Assembly (NCBI RefSeq): GCF_009914755.1
Contig: NC_060930.1
Direction: 5' to 3' (one strand)
From: the human T2T-CHM13v2.0 reference genome, Homo sapiens
DNA length: 64,000 bases
The translations under genes were made by a program, and so were the position numbers. The notes beneath the pieces were generated by a model. It had not been told where the DNA came from, made no database searches, and was given only the letters and a program-made list of their open reading frames with translations. Shown in pieces: positions 60,906 to 64,000 of this stretch; position 1 is the stretch's first letter, and every line of letters starts with the position of its first letter.

Positions 60906-63399
60906 GACCCTGAACAGCATTTCTGAATTAGTAACACTTAGGTGTCCTAAAAAACAGGTTTGGGATAGCTGTGTGTTAAGGAGTCCCTAAAAAATTCATA
61001 ATGCCAATTAGCATAATAAAGGCTCTAAGCCTTGCGGTTAAGAAAGCAAGCTTAACTTCCGTCAGCTCAGCTAGTCCTTCCTTTTTCCTAGTATTAAGTT
61101 GCAACAGTTTGAAAAATATTTAAATAAGAATAGTCAAGTCAAACTTCCTGGGATGACTAAAATGATAGCTAAGGTTTAAAACAGACATCCAAGTTCCTGA
61201 AACTAATAAAGCCACAACATGACTTCAGCTATGCCATCAGAAACTGAAAGTATCTAGAGGAGAACAATGATAAAATAAAGTGTATACATGCTCTGAAAAA
61301 AAGTCACTTTAGTACTCTAGTTCTACATTAATTTGTATTATATTTGAACTCACAGATGTGAAAGGAAAACAAAGAGTTCCCACAAGTTTGCCAATCTCAA
61401 TTTGGTAAGCCACTGTCTACTTCCAAACCTAACTACTCATTTTAGTTAATGACAGATGGGTATTTACTCCCATAAAGTTTAAGAATAATCGGTGTTAAAA
61501 TAGGAAGCTAAAAATCAGGTGCATGAGAAAATTATTTCCAAGTTTACTAACATGAAAACTGGGAAGCTCTTTGATACCTGCACAACACTGCAGCTCCCAT
61601 TATGACATTACAAAAAACATACAGGACCATACCCCAAATTGGCCATATAAACACAAAGTCAAACTAAATTACATTTAGAATGTCATTCAAAACTACCGTT
61701 TAAAAAATGTAATTTTAGCAAGTCAAAATTTCAATTTCAACTTGTTTTCTCAAGTAAACTTTTTGCGATAATATTCAAATTAGTTGAAATAACTTTTAGC
61801 AGACTCAGAATCAATAAGGATGTGATTTTAGGTTTCAGGATATAATCAAACTTCCAAAGTAGATGTCAAAAAAAAAACACCTTGAAGAAAATAGCAGTAT
61901 TTTGGAAAGTGAATGTGAATCTCAATCAGCTGGCTTAAACAATTCCAATAATTCCAGTCGTTTTACTACAACAGTCCAATTAATTTAAACTTGAGATAAT
62001 GTGGAGCCAACTGTATTAACCAACGCTACAGATATGCCAATGAAAAGTCGTTTACAAAGGATCACAATTCTGAATAAGTGTGCTTTAAAGGGGAGGAACA
62101 TGGTATAGTCCCCAATTGTTCACATACATGCCCAAGATTATTTTGACATTGAGATATAGTACTTTAATTCCCAAACCTAGCACTGTATTAATTCACTCCC
62201 TCGACTGAAATGTATTGCTGGTTAGCTCCTTAATGACCTTATTTTGAAATGGCTTTATTAGTTAAGTACAGAATCCATTTCAATTTCCAATGATACCATT
62301 TCACTAAAAGACAAATTCCAAAAATGTCAACCACCAGTAGCTCATTCTTGACATTGGCTGTTTCCTTTTTTTTTTCCCAAAGTAAAGCCTAACAATTAAT
62401 CAACAAATGCCTTTTCAATCTAATTAAAACACAGTTTAGTAAGGTCATTAAATAAATTTATCTAAGAATTTCCGTAAAAACTCACTACAACTCTAAAACA
62501 GTATGTCCTTAAATTAGACCAAATATTTAATAGCAAAAATGGTAGCTTGCATATTCGAGGGTCACTCCATGGATTTAGAAAATATTTTTAAATGTGACAA
62601 AAAAAAAAAAAACACTAAAGTCAGTTTCAAATGGAAGTCACCAAATACAGAGGTATATACTTCAGTTTTTTAAGCTACTGATAACGAGACATTTAAATCA
62701 AGCTATGGAAAGGCTTTGTCTAAAGGGTGATATTATTACTAAAGGCTCACACAGAAATCTTTGCATGCTACACACAAAGGAAATATTTACACTTCTAGTC
62801 CACAAAAGCCTATCCTAGGATTGTGCCAGGGGCACACAAGGATTTCAAAGTACAGAAAAAACTGGGCATACACATGCCCTACAAAGCAGCCAAAAGACAT
62901 TCCCCAGTCTCTCTCAGGAAATGTTTCAAGATGAAAAGCAAAAGTCTGAAGTCCCTTGGAATCTTGGGTTGATTTCTTCATTATTCTCAAGGCTAGGTTG
63001 TTTTCCCCCAGCATACTTTGTTGGGCAAAAATAAAACATTTCCAAATAAAAGCAACTCCTCAGCCCCAATTTTCAATGCAATATGCTTATTAAAAGTTCA
63101 ACATTTCTCAAGGTCTAGACTTATAGTGTGATCATATTACAGTACTCGGGAAGAGCATTTTCTTTGTTGTTGACCCTGCTAGGGAAACAGGTCTTGACTC
63201 AGCCAAAGTGGCGTTCTTGTGGGTGATTAATGACAGGCCTAGATCTCGCCCTAGTGACATCCATCCCCCACCCCCCACCCCCACTATACTAAAATCAGCC
63301 GTGTCTGAACTGAAGGAGGGGCTGTAGCCTCGCCTCAAACCACCCAGTCCCAGAGTTAATAGCTGCAACCAATCGATTACGGCAAGCACACATCCAGAT

Positions 63400-64000
<601 letters not shown>

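Overview
Human genomic DNA, Alu-rich and intron-dominated, recognisable as the ORC3/AKIRIN2 locus. The + strand carries the last seven coding exons of ORC3 (exons 14-20 by recalled numbering, 15427-29437), including a NAGNAG tandem acceptor and a U12-type (minor spliceosome) last intron. The - strand carries almost all of AKIRIN2: 5 exons, CDS 37909->64000, with the ATG about 16 nt beyond the window, in a CpG island. The two genes are convergent. The rest is about 60 Alus (one with all AluYa5 diagnostics), L2, MIR, old L1, Tigger/MER DNA transposons, and truncated 5S rRNA and U2 snRNA copies. The main unexpected observation is in the non-repetitive parts of the ORC3 3' introns. Read on the - strand, they contain a colinear series of exon-like segments (many with AG/GT ends) that translate, with stops and frameshifts, into repeated ankyrin-like motifs. 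This suggests the decayed remains of a large multi-exon ankyrin-repeat gene interleaved antisense with ORC3 (a candidate unitary pseudogene). That call rests on by-eye translation and needs HMM/tblastn confirmation. Repeat coordinates are approximate.
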